Positions 35,426-44,719 of a stretch of 64,000 bases of DNA are shown one piece after another. Under the pieces are notes generated by a model, which did not search any database, was not told the DNA's origin, and saw nothing but the letters and a program-made list of their open reading frames with translations. How positions within the stretch are numbered: position 1 is the first letter of the stretch; each line of letters starts with the position of its first letter. The translations under genes and the position numbers were made by a program. This stretch comes from Candidatus Aquilonibacter sp. (GTDB lineage: Bacteria > Acidobacteriota > Terriglobia > Terriglobales > Acidobacteriaceae): NCBI GenBank assembly GCA_035486715.1, contig DATHMV010000033.1, positions 58,001 to 122,000 of the forward strand, given 5' to 3'.

Positions 35426-36016
35426 ATGTTTGAGAGCATTCTTTGTCAAGTAGCGGAATACGAGCCTAATATTCTGGACTCCCTGATTGGGCTTGCGGTC
35501 GAAATTGCCCGTGAGGGTCGAGAGGGAAGGCGAATCGGCACCCTGTTTACGCTCGGCGACGAGAACGCCGTACTTGAGAGATCAAGGCCGTTGATTTTGG
35601 ATCCATTGTTGGGGCATCCCGAGGCTTCGCGGCATGTCGCCAATCTCAATCTCCGCGGAACCATCAAGGAATTGGCGCAGTTAGATGGCGGCTTTGTCGT
35701 AAGCCGCGAAGGGATTGTACTTTCCGCGTGCCGCTACCTCGATGCTGTTGCCGCACAAGTGGATGTGCCGCTGGGGCTCGGAAGTCGTCACATTGCAGCC
35801 GCCAACATGAGTGCTGTTACAAAGGCGGTGGGAGTCGTGGTTTCTGAGAGCTCGGTGGTACGGCTTTTTTGTCACGGGAAGCTGGTCGCCGAAATCATTC
35901 CCGAGCTTTGGATGATGGACCATGCCGCCCACCTTCGTGGCACCGTAAGAAGAGAACAGGTCGGCGAGTTGACCGTGCTGACGCCAAATCTCCGCGAAGC
36001 CTCCATTGCGGAATAA
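35426..36016 (+). CDS. stand-alone DisA_N/DAC (diadenylate cyclase-like) domain protein, divergent motifs
   Basis: RRIGTLFTLG, ELAQLDGGFVVSREG (DGA position) and GLGSRHIAAANMS...VGVVVSESSVV (RHR position). A gaggag RBS precedes ATG 35426. Confidence 0.7.
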   Translation: MFESILCQVAEYEPNILDSLIGLAVEIAREGREGRRIGTLFTLGDENAVLERSRPLILDPLLGHPEASRHVANLNLRGTIKELAQLDGGFVVSREGIVLSACRYLDAVAAQVDVPLGLGSRHIAAANMSAVTKAVGVVVSESSVVRLFCHGKLVAEIIPELWMMDHAAHLRGTVRREQVGELTVLTPNLREASIAE

Positions 36017-36170
36017 GTCGGTCACCCTGGTTCATTCTATGATTACTTCCACCAGCCTCATTCTCCGCCAGTGAATGAAGGTCATACCAGCGCAAATCCT
36101 GCCTGCGAACGCCTCAAAGCTTGGTGCGGCACTAAGATAGAATCCCCTATAACGCAGGGCGAGAATAGCC

Positions 36171-37310
36171 ATGGTACAGGTGTCAGATCGCGAAGAGTTG
36201 ATGGTGACGAACGAGTATCACTTGATACGAACCGGGCGTTTCCTGATCGCCGAACTATTGAAGCCGCATCGTGTGTTAAGTACTTCCATGCGCAACGGCG
36301 GTCAAACGGAAACCTTGCGCTACCTCGTCAATCACCAGAGTTGCGAGGGCACTGACCATCGCGAACGTCACGCGCACATTACCGGAATCGGGCCCGAGGG
36401 CTACCACGACGCAGCTTGCGGTGAGATGGGTCTCGACGGAAATCTTGCGGCAGTCATGGGAACCGCGGCAAATATGAACTATGCCGCCATCGTGCAACAT
36501 CGTGATGGCGGAATGCTGGTTACCGCAGTCGTCACAGCCGGTGTCCAGGGCAATGCTGCCTGTGCCGGGGATCCAGCGTCATGGCGCGAAACGGAAACAG
36601 GTTGGGAAAAAGTTCCAACGATTGGCGGGACGATCAATACGATACTTCTCGTGAACCATTCCCTTACCGAAGGTGCTTTGGCTCGAGCTGTTGTAACCAT
36701 GACAGAAGCCAAAACGGCAGCACTTCACGAGTTGGCAGTCAGCAGCCTTTATTCAAAAAATCTAGCAACCGGAACAGGTACCGATCAATTCTGCGTGGGC
36801 GCTCCACTCGACGCGGGCCAACCGCTGACCAGCACCAGCCCGCACGCCAAACTTGGAGAACTCATCGGGCTCGCAGTGAAAGAGGCCACTCTCGAAGCGC
36901 TTCGCTGGCAAAATGGATTGGAACCTAGTTATACGCGCTCGATTTTCGTCGCATTAGGGCGCTACGGATTGAACGAGCCAAAATTCGCTGACGAGATAGC
37001 ATCTCTAATGACGGAGAGAGAACTGGAGCTTTTAAAGAAAAATTTAAAATCCGTCGTATACGAACCAAAGGTTGCTGCCGCAGCATTCGCCATCGCGGCA
37101 ATTTTGGATCGTATTCGTTTCGGAACGCTGCCCGCCAATGCAGCGCCCGACATCTTCCGTCAACAGGTGGCGATTCTCGCCGCGAATCTCGCGGCGAAGC
37201 CCGACAGCTGGCCCCGTTTCTACGCACAACTCTCTGAAGCAGACCCTGACCAACCCGTACGGGCCGTACTTTCAGCGATTGCGTTAGGCTGGTCCTCCAA
37301 GTGGAAATAG
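36171..37310 (+). CDS. cbiZ: adenosylcobinamide amidohydrolase CbiZ with ~140-aa C-terminal extension
   Basis: GGTINTILLVNHSLTEGALARAVVTMTEAKTAAL...ATGTGTDQFCVGAP is the CbiZ core. At 379 aa it is longer than the ~230-250 aa I associate with CbiZ. Confidence 0.8.
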   Translation: MVQVSDREELMVTNEYHLIRTGRFLIAELLKPHRVLSTSMRNGGQTETLRYLVNHQSCEGTDHRERHAHITGIGPEGYHDAACGEMGLDGNLAAVMGTAANMNYAAIVQHRDGGMLVTAVVTAGVQGNAACAGDPASWRETETGWEKVPTIGGTINTILLVNHSLTEGALARAVVTMTEAKTAALHELAVSSLYSKNLATGTGTDQFCVGAPLDAGQPLTSTSPHAKLGELIGLAVKEATLEALRWQNGLEPSYTRSIFVALGRYGLNEPKFADEIASLMTERELELLKKNLKSVVYEPKVAAAAFAIAAILDRIRFGTLPANAAPDIFRQQVAILAANLAAKPDSWPRFYAQLSEADPDQPVRAVLSAIALGWSSKWK

Positions 37311-38269
37311 ACATACTGCGTCCCCACGCCACGCTCCTCGCCGGAGCGGTATTGCTCGACTTTTTGATTGGCGACCCGGTCTATTCCGCTCATCCCATTC
37401 GCTTGATAGGCCGCACACTCAATTGGCTCGAAGGTCTTCTGAGAAAACTGGGAGCAGATGGATACGGAGGAGGAATTGCCCTTTTCATTTTATTGAGCAC
37501 TATCTGGCTTGGGGGAACCAGCGCAGTTCTGATCGGATTGCAGAAATGGAGTCACGGCGCGGCATCTTTTTTCCACCTCTTCCTTGCCTACTCCTGTCTT
37601 GCGCTTCATGATCTTGTACGGCATGCCTGGGCCGTGGAAACCGCCGCCCGCCGTGGCGATCTGGATGGGGCGCGTACTTCAATTTCGAAGCTTGTTGGCC
37701 GTGATACCGACCGCATGGATATCGCTGCCTGCCGCCGTGCTGCGATCGAGAGCTTGAGCGAAAATCTCACAGATGGGTTTGTGAGCCCTCTTTCTTGGTA
37801 TGTCGTTGCAGGACTGCCCGGTCTCGTGCTTTTCAAAGTCGTAAGTACGATGGATTCCATGGTGGGGTATAAGACTCCGCGATATCTGAAGTTCGGTTGG
37901 TGCGGAGCACGGCTGGATGATCTGATGAATTTTGTTCCGGCGCGAATCACGTGGCTCATACTCACGCTTTTTTCATTCGTGATTCCCGGCTGTTCAGGAC
38001 GGAAAGCATTCCGCGTCGGCTGGCAACAACATGCGATTCTTCCGGGACCAAACTCAGGATGGAGTGAAGCAGCCACCGCAGGCGGCATCCAACGCAGATT
38101 GCTTGGCCCCATTTGGGCAAAGGGGGCGCTCGTTACCGATGTTTGGCTGGGTGATCCTTCAGATCCACCAGCGGGAGCCGATTCCGACCTTCCCCGGGCT
38201 GTAATTCTCAACGTTGCCGCCGGTGTTCTATCGGCGGCTCTTGCCATACTGCTTGCACTAAGGATTTGA
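37301..38269 (+). CDS. cbiB: adenosylcobinamide-phosphate synthase CbiB/CobD
   Basis: LLDFLIGDPVYSAHPIRLIGR, LVGRDTDRM and ESLSENLTDGFVSPL. The GTG start overlaps the cbiZ stop by 10 nt. Confidence 0.9.
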   Translation: MEIDILRPHATLLAGAVLLDFLIGDPVYSAHPIRLIGRTLNWLEGLLRKLGADGYGGGIALFILLSTIWLGGTSAVLIGLQKWSHGAASFFHLFLAYSCLALHDLVRHAWAVETAARRGDLDGARTSISKLVGRDTDRMDIAACRRAAIESLSENLTDGFVSPLSWYVVAGLPGLVLFKVVSTMDSMVGYKTPRYLKFGWCGARLDDLMNFVPARITWLILTLFSFVIPGCSGRKAFRVGWQQHAILPGPNSGWSEAATAGGIQRRLLGPIWAKGALVTDVWLGDPSDPPAGADSDLPRAVILNVAAGVLSAALAILLALRI

Positions 38270-38290
38270 CGCGAGTTCCACACTATGTAA

Positions 38291-38480
38291 TTCTCATGGT
38301 GTTCTCAGGTGCCCCAAAAAGGGCTTAATAGGGAAGCTGGTGAAATCCCAGCGCGGTCCCGCCACTGTTACGAGGTACGCCGTTTCGTAGTCCCACTCAG
38401 CAGGTGCGCTGGGGAAGGTGAAACGGTTCATGGCGATGATGCTGTGACCTTGGAGCCAGGAAACCTGCCGGGAACGGTGT
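38291..38480 (+). promoter_or_regulatory. cobalamin (B12) riboswitch
   Basis: AATAGGGAAGCTGGTGAAATCCCAGCGCGGTCCCGCCACTGT core plus the B12-box-like GAGCCAGGAAACCTGCC (38452-38468), ~120 nt upstream of the adenosyltransferase ATG. Boundaries are approximate. Confidence 0.9.
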
Positions 38481-38597
38481 GCGACTTACCTGCGGAGAAC
38501 AGGAAGCGTGCGAATCGTCTTTCGACCCTCTCGCCGCTTCGATTCAGAAAAACTCCGCACATTAAGCCTGCCGCCAGTCCACAACGGGGTAGATTCC

Positions 38598-39179
38598 ATG
38601 AGCAGTATTGCAACCAAACGCGGTGATGGCGGCCAAACCGGCCTTGCCGGCGGCATTCGAGTTTCAAAATCAAGCTTGCGAGTCGAGGCATACGGCACCG
38701 TCGACGAATTGAATGCCGCAATGGGTCTTGCCCGCGCCCTCTGCCAGGACGAAGACTTGCGTACCCGGACCGCGACGATTCAGAAGGAACTCTTTCGCGT
38801 CGGCTCTGCATTGGCCACTCCTGCCGAAAGCGTCAAGGGGCAAGCGCCGGTAACGCCTGAATTAGTGGATGCACTCACTAAGCAAGTCCATCAAATCGAA
38901 TCCATTGAAGGTGTTCTCTCCGATTGGTCGATTTCAGGAGAGCATGTGGCAGCCGCGGCTTACGATGTGGCTAGAACTGTTTGTCGCAGGGCTGAACGCA
39001 ATGTCGTTCGCCTCGCCGAATCCGGAGAAGCGGTGAACCCTAATGTTTTGGCCTACCTGAATCGTTTGTCCGATCTGCTTTGGTTGTTTGGCCGCAAGCT
39101 GGAGTTCGATGCCGGGGTGAGTGGTTCTCTACGCGCCGCGAACGGCAAGGCCGGCCCTCGTTGGTCTCGGGCCTGGTAA
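38598..39179 (+). CDS. ATP:cob(I)alamin adenosyltransferase, PduO type
   Basis: TKRGDGGQTGLAGG..VSKSSLRVEAYGTVDELNAAMG and LQKELFRVGSALATP. ATG 38598; the listed 38508 start would lie in the riboswitch expression platform. Confidence 0.9.
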   Translation: MSSIATKRGDGGQTGLAGGIRVSKSSLRVEAYGTVDELNAAMGLARALCQDEDLRTRTATIQKELFRVGSALATPAESVKGQAPVTPELVDALTKQVHQIESIEGVLSDWSISGEHVAAAAYDVARTVCRRAERNVVRLAESGEAVNPNVLAYLNRLSDLLWLFGRKLEFDAGVSGSLRAANGKAGPRWSRAW

Positions 39180-39252
39180 TCGTCTTCAAAACGAATTTTC
39201 AAGGAGATTCCCTGTTCACCCTCGGCTAAGGCAGAAGCGTAGCTTCCTATAA

Positions 39253-40266
39253 ATGAAGATGCATCCCATGCGAACAATTGTTCCTCCGGTCGTCCTAATC
39301 CTGCTGGTCGTTGCGATTGCTGGAGCAGTGCATACCTATGCGTCTCCGCCGGGCGGACTTCAATTGCCGGTGCTGGAAAGAGAAAATGGTGATGCGCGAG
39401 TTCGGACCGGCAAGTCTCAATATCCCAGAGAAGCGGTCGATAGTGACGAAGTCACAGTCAGCGTCGTACGTCCCGCGCACCGTATCGTCTCGCAGTATTG
39501 GTCCATCGACGAGTTTGTCTATTCGGTCTTGCCGCCTCAGGATGTAGTTGCTGTGAGCCAAAGCGCTTACCTGGAAGAAGTCAGCAACGTTTACCAGAGT
39601 GTTCAGCAATTCAAACCCGCCGTCGCGACCGATCCCGAACGGGTTGTCGCACTCGATCCAGATTTAATGTTCGTCTCCAACAATGGCCGCGCCGACTATA
39701 CAAGTCTCGCTCGAAGTTCCGGCGTACCGGTCTACCGCATGGAGACAAACTTCGAGACTCTCGATCAAATCGAACAGAATATTCGGCTTGTCGGTTATTT
39801 GACCGGACAAGATGAAAGCGCCGCCACAGAAGCTTCCCGGTTTCACGCGGCAATCGCGAAAGCAGTTTCTTTGCGGCCCACAGGATCGCCGAAACCCCGC
39901 ATCCTTGGCCTGGGCGGGCGCTACAGCTACGGCCAAAGAACTCTTTTCCAGGATATTGTGACCAGACTCGGTGGTGTCAACGTCGGAGCTGAAAACGGTA
40001 TTGTCGGTTACGACTCGGTGAATTTCGAGCAAATTATTCGCTGGGATCCGGAGTGGATTGTGGCCGGCGCAAAAACTGGAGATACAAAGCAAGTTCTGGC
40101 CACGTTAATGTCCGATCCGGCAATCTCTTTAACCCAGGCCGCACGAAACGGCCACATCGTCGTTCTCGACAATCGCGTTTTCCTCCCCATGTCGCCCTAT
40201 ACTTCAATCCTTGTCCAGGCAATCGCCGAAGCAATTTACGGACGGCACGAAGGAGATAAGTTGTGA
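39253..40266 (+). CDS. periplasmic substrate-binding protein of a corrinoid/siderophore ABC importer (BtuF-like, Peripla_BP_2)
   Basis: Signal peptide. RIVSQYWSIDEFVYSV, PDLMFVSN, IIRWDPEWIV. Riboswitch-controlled operon with FecCD permease and ATPase. Confidence 0.85.
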   Translation: MKMHPMRTIVPPVVLILLVVAIAGAVHTYASPPGGLQLPVLERENGDARVRTGKSQYPREAVDSDEVTVSVVRPAHRIVSQYWSIDEFVYSVLPPQDVVAVSQSAYLEEVSNVYQSVQQFKPAVATDPERVVALDPDLMFVSNNGRADYTSLARSSGVPVYRMETNFETLDQIEQNIRLVGYLTGQDESAATEASRFHAAIAKAVSLRPTGSPKPRILGLGGRYSYGQRTLFQDIVTRLGGVNVGAENGIVGYDSVNFEQIIRWDPEWIVAGAKTGDTKQVLATLMSDPAISLTQAARNGHIVVLDNRVFLPMSPYTSILVQAIAEAIYGRHEGDKL

Positions 40267-41351
40267 GTGCCGCCGCTCAGAGCAATCCCGTAACAAACGT
40301 TTCATCTAGGTCGCGGCTTCGGCTGCCTATTTTTTACGGCTTTCTTGTGCCAATCATTTTCCTCTCGCTTCTGGCGGGTGTAGGAATCGGAAGCACTCAC
40401 ATTTCCTGGATCACAATCCTGCAGGTGGTAGAGTTCAAAATACTTCCCCATGCGTGGACAGCCTCGCTTCATATCACGCAAGCAGACGCGGTGATCGTAT
40501 GGTTGATTCGCGTTCCTCGCGTCATTGTGGCCTTCTTCGTCGGAGCGGGCCTCGCGGCAGCCGGTGTTTTATTACAGGCTCTTTTTCGTAATCCACTTGC
40601 CGAACCCGGCTTGGTCGGCGCAGGTGAGGGAGCGGTATTGGGTGGTGTCATTTCATTCGTGACGGGCTGGAGCGCGACTTCCGTTCTTTCCCTGCCGCTG
40701 ATGGCGATGGCCGGCGCACTCCTCGCCCTGTTTGTTGTGTATGTGATGTCGACTCGCGGTGGCGTAACGCCGGTTGCCACGCTGCTTTTGGCCGGTGTCG
40801 CCACCAGCGCTTTGCTAAGCGCGGTAGCGAGTCTGCTGCTTTCCGTGAACATTGTGAACTGGCAGATCGCGCAGGAGATTGTCTTCTGGATGATGGGTGG
40901 TTTGGACGCTCGTACCTGGACTCATGTCTGGCTGTGTGCTCCGTTTGTCATGCTGGGAGTGGCTGCCTGTTTGATCCAAACTCGTGATCTGGATCTTCTC
41001 CAGTTGGGCGAAGAGACTGCCGCATCCTTTGGTGTTGATGTCGAATCCTCGAAGCGTATGTTAACGCTCACCGCGGCGATTCTGACAGGCGCAGCCGTAG
41101 CCGTCGCCGGACTCATCGGCTTCGTGGGTCTGGTCGTACCGCATGCTGTGCGTCTGGTTCTCGGCCCATCGAATCGCGTGCTGCTCCCGGCTAGCGCTCT
41201 CACTGGCGGAGCATTCCTGGTTCTCTGTGATCTGCTGGCGCGCACCATTCACCCTCCAACTGAGATTCGCTTGGGTATCGTCACCGCCCTTTGTGGCGGT
41301 CCGTTATTCATCTACTTGCTCCTCCGACAGTATCGTGGGGTTGCGAACTGA
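40263..41351 (+). CDS. FecCD-family ABC permease (BtuC-like)
   Basis: IRVPRVIVAFFVGAGLAAAGVLLQALFRNPLAEPGLVG and C-terminal GIVTALCGGPLFIYLL. The start overlaps the upstream stop (GTGA). Confidence 0.9.
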   Translation: MSAAAQSNPVTNVSSRSRLRLPIFYGFLVPIIFLSLLAGVGIGSTHISWITILQVVEFKILPHAWTASLHITQADAVIVWLIRVPRVIVAFFVGAGLAAAGVLLQALFRNPLAEPGLVGAGEGAVLGGVISFVTGWSATSVLSLPLMAMAGALLALFVVYVMSTRGGVTPVATLLLAGVATSALLSAVASLLLSVNIVNWQIAQEIVFWMMGGLDARTWTHVWLCAPFVMLGVAACLIQTRDLDLLQLGEETAASFGVDVESSKRMLTLTAAILTGAAVAVAGLIGFVGLVVPHAVRLVLGPSNRVLLPASALTGGAFLVLCDLLARTIHPPTEIRLGIVTALCGGPLFIYLLLRQYRGVAN

Positions 41352-42133
41352 TGAGTGTTATCGAAGCCCGCCAGGCAGCTGTGAAACGTGGAGGCCGGAC
41401 GATCTTTGGCCCTGCGTCAATCGCAATCGGAGCCGGCGAAATGACGGCCCTGATCGGCCCGAACGGCAGTGGCAAGAGTACTCTTCTGCGCTTATTCGCA
41501 GGTCTTTGGCGGCCAGATAGCGGAGATGTTTTTCTAGATGACAGGACGATCCACAGCCGCCCTCGCAAAGAAATTGCGCGCCGGATTTCGTTTGTCCCGC
41601 AAGAGACGCAAATCGATTTTTCCTTCACCGTCGCCGAAATTCTTGCCATGGGACGTTACGCCCATCGCGGACGGCTGAAGCCGCAGAGCCAAGCGGATCG
41701 CGCTGCGGCGCTGACAGCAGCGGCGGATTGCGACATTACGTATCTGATGGATCGTGCGGTGAACAGCTTGTCCGGCGGCGAACGCCAGCGCGTGTTGATC
41801 GCGCGCAGCCTGGTGGTTGAGCCGGAATTTATTTTACTGGACGAGCCTACGGCGAATCTCGATATCCAGCACGCTCTGGATATACTTGCATTGTGTCAGG
41901 CGCTGTCGCGCAAAGGGAAGACTGTTGTGGTTGCGACCCATGACTTCAATTTGGTTACGCGTTTCGCGGCTCGCTTAATCCTTCTCGAAGCCGGAACTCT
42001 GGTCGCGCAGGGTTCCCGCGAAGAAGTGCTTCATCCCGGAACAATCCAGGAAGTCTTTCATGTGGATGCGGAACTGGCGTCAACCAAAGCGGGCGACTCA
42101 GTGTATGTCTTCCACCAGCGCGCGGCGGGATAA
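41351..42133 (+). CDS. ABC importer ATPase (BtuD/FepC-like)
   Basis: GPNGSGKSTLL (Walker A), LSGGERQRV (signature), ILLDEPTANLD (Walker B). The ATG overlaps the permease stop (ATGA at 41349-41353). Confidence 0.9.
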   Translation: MSVIEARQAAVKRGGRTIFGPASIAIGAGEMTALIGPNGSGKSTLLRLFAGLWRPDSGDVFLDDRTIHSRPRKEIARRISFVPQETQIDFSFTVAEILAMGRYAHRGRLKPQSQADRAAALTAAADCDITYLMDRAVNSLSGGERQRVLIARSLVVEPEFILLDEPTANLDIQHALDILALCQALSRKGKTVVVATHDFNLVTRFAARLILLEAGTLVAQGSREEVLHPGTIQEVFHVDAELASTKAGDSVYVFHQRAAG

Positions 42134-42157
42134 GATGGAACTGCAATAGCGCTCCCA

Positions 42158-43483
42158 ATGCAGCCCATCGCTAAAGCCGGCACATCCGAAGTTTCTTCGA
42201 CGAACTCTGAAGCGCCCGACACTATGAAGCGAATCGGTGCTGGCGTCGGGCATTTCCGCTGGGTCATCTGCACTCTTCTTTTATTTGGAGTTACCAAGAA
42301 CTACATGGACCGCCAGGTCCTGGGAGTGTTGAAGACCACCCTTCAACATGATTTTGGCTGGAACGAAATCGACTACAGCAATCTGGTGTTCGCTTTTCAG
42401 GCGGCCTACGCCGCCGGCATGGTAGTTGTCGGCCGATTAGTCGATCGCCTGGGCACGCGGCTGGGTTACGCATTGGCCATGATTTTCTGGAGCGTGGCTT
42501 CCATGGGGCATGCCGCAGCTGGATCTTTTTTTAGTTTTGTCGTTGCGCGCTCTGCCTTGGGCTTCGGAGAGTCAGGCGTATTTCCCGCGAGTATCAAAAC
42601 TGTTGCCGAATGGTTTCCGCAAAAAGAACGAGCTCTGGCAACCGGAATTTTCAATGCAGGCTCGAACGTCGGAGCCATTTTGACTCCACTGATCGTGCCT
42701 TGGATTACGATCCACTACGGCTGGAGAATGGCCTTCATCTTCACGGGAGCGCTCGGATTTGTCTGGCTGGCATTCTGGCTTTTGCTTTATCGCAAGCCGG
42801 AGGTTCATCCCCGCCTCTCCAAAGCCGAATTGGAATACATCAACAGCGATCGTCCCGAGGCTGTGCCGCAGGTTCGCTGGGCGCGGCTCATTCCTCACCG
42901 CCAAACTTGGGCATTTGTCCTCGGCAAATTCACCACAGATCCTATCTGGTGGTTCCTGCTTTTCTGGATTCCCGATTTCCTCCAGAGAAATCATGGACTC
43001 AAGTTGGGGCAGCTGGGCCTGCCGATCATGGTGATTTATGTTTTGGCCGACGTGGGCAGTATTGCCGGAGGCTGGTTGTCGTCGTGGATGATTCACTGCG
43101 GAAACAGCGTGAATTTATCGCGAAAATTCGCCATGCTGATTTGCGCGATAAGCGTTATCCCCATCGTCTTCGCGTATCGCATGGAGAACCTGTGGACCGC
43201 GGTATTGTTGATCGGCCTTGCGGCGGCCGCCCATCAGGGATTTTCGGCGAATCTGTTCACTCTGAGTTCAGATATTTTTCCCGCGCAGGCAGTTGGTTCG
43301 GTGGTCGGCCTCGGTGGTTTGGCCGGGGCGGTTGGAGGCATGTTGATGGCGAAGATGGTTGGCTATATTTTGCAGTGGACCGGAAGTTACATGATTCCGT
43401 TTTTCATTGCTGGCTTCGCATACCTTCTGGCCTTGGCAATCATTCAAGTTCTTGCGCCTAGCCTTGATCGCGCCAGCGTTTAA
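42158..43483 (+). CDS. MFS transporter, ACS/hexuronate (ExuT-like) family
   Basis: FRWVICTLLLFGVTKNYMDRQVLGVLK and 12-TM layout. Next to uronate genes. ATG 42224 (MKRIG) is an alternative start. Confidence 0.85.
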   Translation: MQPIAKAGTSEVSSTNSEAPDTMKRIGAGVGHFRWVICTLLLFGVTKNYMDRQVLGVLKTTLQHDFGWNEIDYSNLVFAFQAAYAAGMVVVGRLVDRLGTRLGYALAMIFWSVASMGHAAAGSFFSFVVARSALGFGESGVFPASIKTVAEWFPQKERALATGIFNAGSNVGAILTPLIVPWITIHYGWRMAFIFTGALGFVWLAFWLLLYRKPEVHPRLSKAELEYINSDRPEAVPQVRWARLIPHRQTWAFVLGKFTTDPIWWFLLFWIPDFLQRNHGLKLGQLGLPIMVIYVLADVGSIAGGWLSSWMIHCGNSVNLSRKFAMLICAISVIPIVFAYRMENLWTAVLLIGLAAAAHQGFSANLFTLSSDIFPAQAVGSVVGLGGLAGAVGGMLMAKMVGYILQWTGSYMIPFFIAGFAYLLALAIIQVLAPSLDRASV

Positions 43484-43491
43484 ACACTCCC

Positions 43492-44682
43492 ATGATCCTT
43501 GATAGTTTGAGCCGCCGCCGGATATCTTCTTCGCGAGTCGTGAGCATCGACGATCTACGATCGCTCGCGCAGCGGCGCGTGCCAAAAATAATTTTCAACT
43601 ATATCGATGGCGGTGCCGAAGGCGAAGTCACCATGCGCCAGAATCGGCGTGCCTTCGAGGAGATAACTTTTCGCCCGCGTCATGCAGTGGCAACTCCAGA
43701 TTGCGATCTGCGGACGCGTGTACTTGGATCGGAGCTGTCCTTGCCCGTGCTGCTGGGCCCGGTGGGGTTTTGCCGGGTGATGCATCCGGGCGGCGAAGTG
43801 GCAGCGGCTAGGGCCGCGGGAGCCGCGGGCACGGCATACACTCTCTCCACCGTTTCCGGCCAGCGGCTTGAGGATGTTAAGGCGGCGTCATCTGGTCCCA
43901 TGTGGTATCAGCTCTACATGGTCGGTGGCCGCGCCACCGCCGAAAGGGCGTTGCACCGCGCCCAGTCCGCTGGCTACACCGTGCTGGTCATCACGATTGA
44001 CACAACTGTGATCGGACTCCGGGAGCGTGAGGTCCGGGATGGCATGGAGCAGCTTTTGCGAGGCAATATTTGGTCGAAGCTTCCCTTTGTGCCGCAGCTC
44101 TTCGCGCGCCCATGGTGGCTGGCACGCTTTCTGCTCCACCGCGGCCTGCCTGTCATGCCCAACATCGTTGGTCCGGGTGGGCGCGCGTTTCGCGTCGGCG
44201 ATGCGCACACTTCCATCAATCGCGGAGCTTTTTATTGGGAGGATATGCACTGGATTCGCGAGCTTTGGAAAGGGCCGATTGTAATCAAGGGCGTCACTTC
44301 AGCGGAGAATGCCAAACGATCGCTCGATCACGGCGCCGCGGCGCTCGTCGTCTCCAATCACGGAGGCAGGCAGCTCGATGGCGTTCCGGCTTCGCTAAGA
44401 ATTCTGCCGGAGGTCGTCGCTGCGGTAAATGGTCGTGCTGAAGTTCTCTTGGATAGCGGCATTCGTCGCGGATCGGATGTGGTGAAGGCGATCTGCCTGG
44501 GCGCTCGCGCGGTTCTTTGCGGACGCGCCTACGCTTACGGTTTGGCCGCGGCAGGCGAAGCCGGAGTATCGCGTGTACTGGAAATCTTTCGAACCGACGT
44601 GGAACGCACATTAAGACTGCTGGGGTGTCCGGCAGTGAGCGCTTTAGATTCTTCTTATGTGAACGTTCCCGAAAACTGGTAA
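43492..44682 (+). CDS. FMN-dependent alpha-hydroxy-acid dehydrogenase/oxidase family enzyme
   Basis: ITFRPR, WYQLY, IVIKGV, VVSNHGGRQLDG, DSGIRRGSDVVKA. Confidence 0.9.
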   Translation: MILDSLSRRRISSSRVVSIDDLRSLAQRRVPKIIFNYIDGGAEGEVTMRQNRRAFEEITFRPRHAVATPDCDLRTRVLGSELSLPVLLGPVGFCRVMHPGGEVAAARAAGAAGTAYTLSTVSGQRLEDVKAASSGPMWYQLYMVGGRATAERALHRAQSAGYTVLVITIDTTVIGLREREVRDGMEQLLRGNIWSKLPFVPQLFARPWWLARFLLHRGLPVMPNIVGPGGRAFRVGDAHTSINRGAFYWEDMHWIRELWKGPIVIKGVTSAENAKRSLDHGAAALVVSNHGGRQLDGVPASLRILPEVVAAVNGRAEVLLDSGIRRGSDVVKAICLGARAVLCGRAYAYGLAAAGEAGVSRVLEIFRTDVERTLRLLGCPAVSALDSSYVNVPENW

Positions 44683-44719
44683 TGCAATATGAGCAAGTCA
44701 GAAAGGAAAGCGCAAAAGA

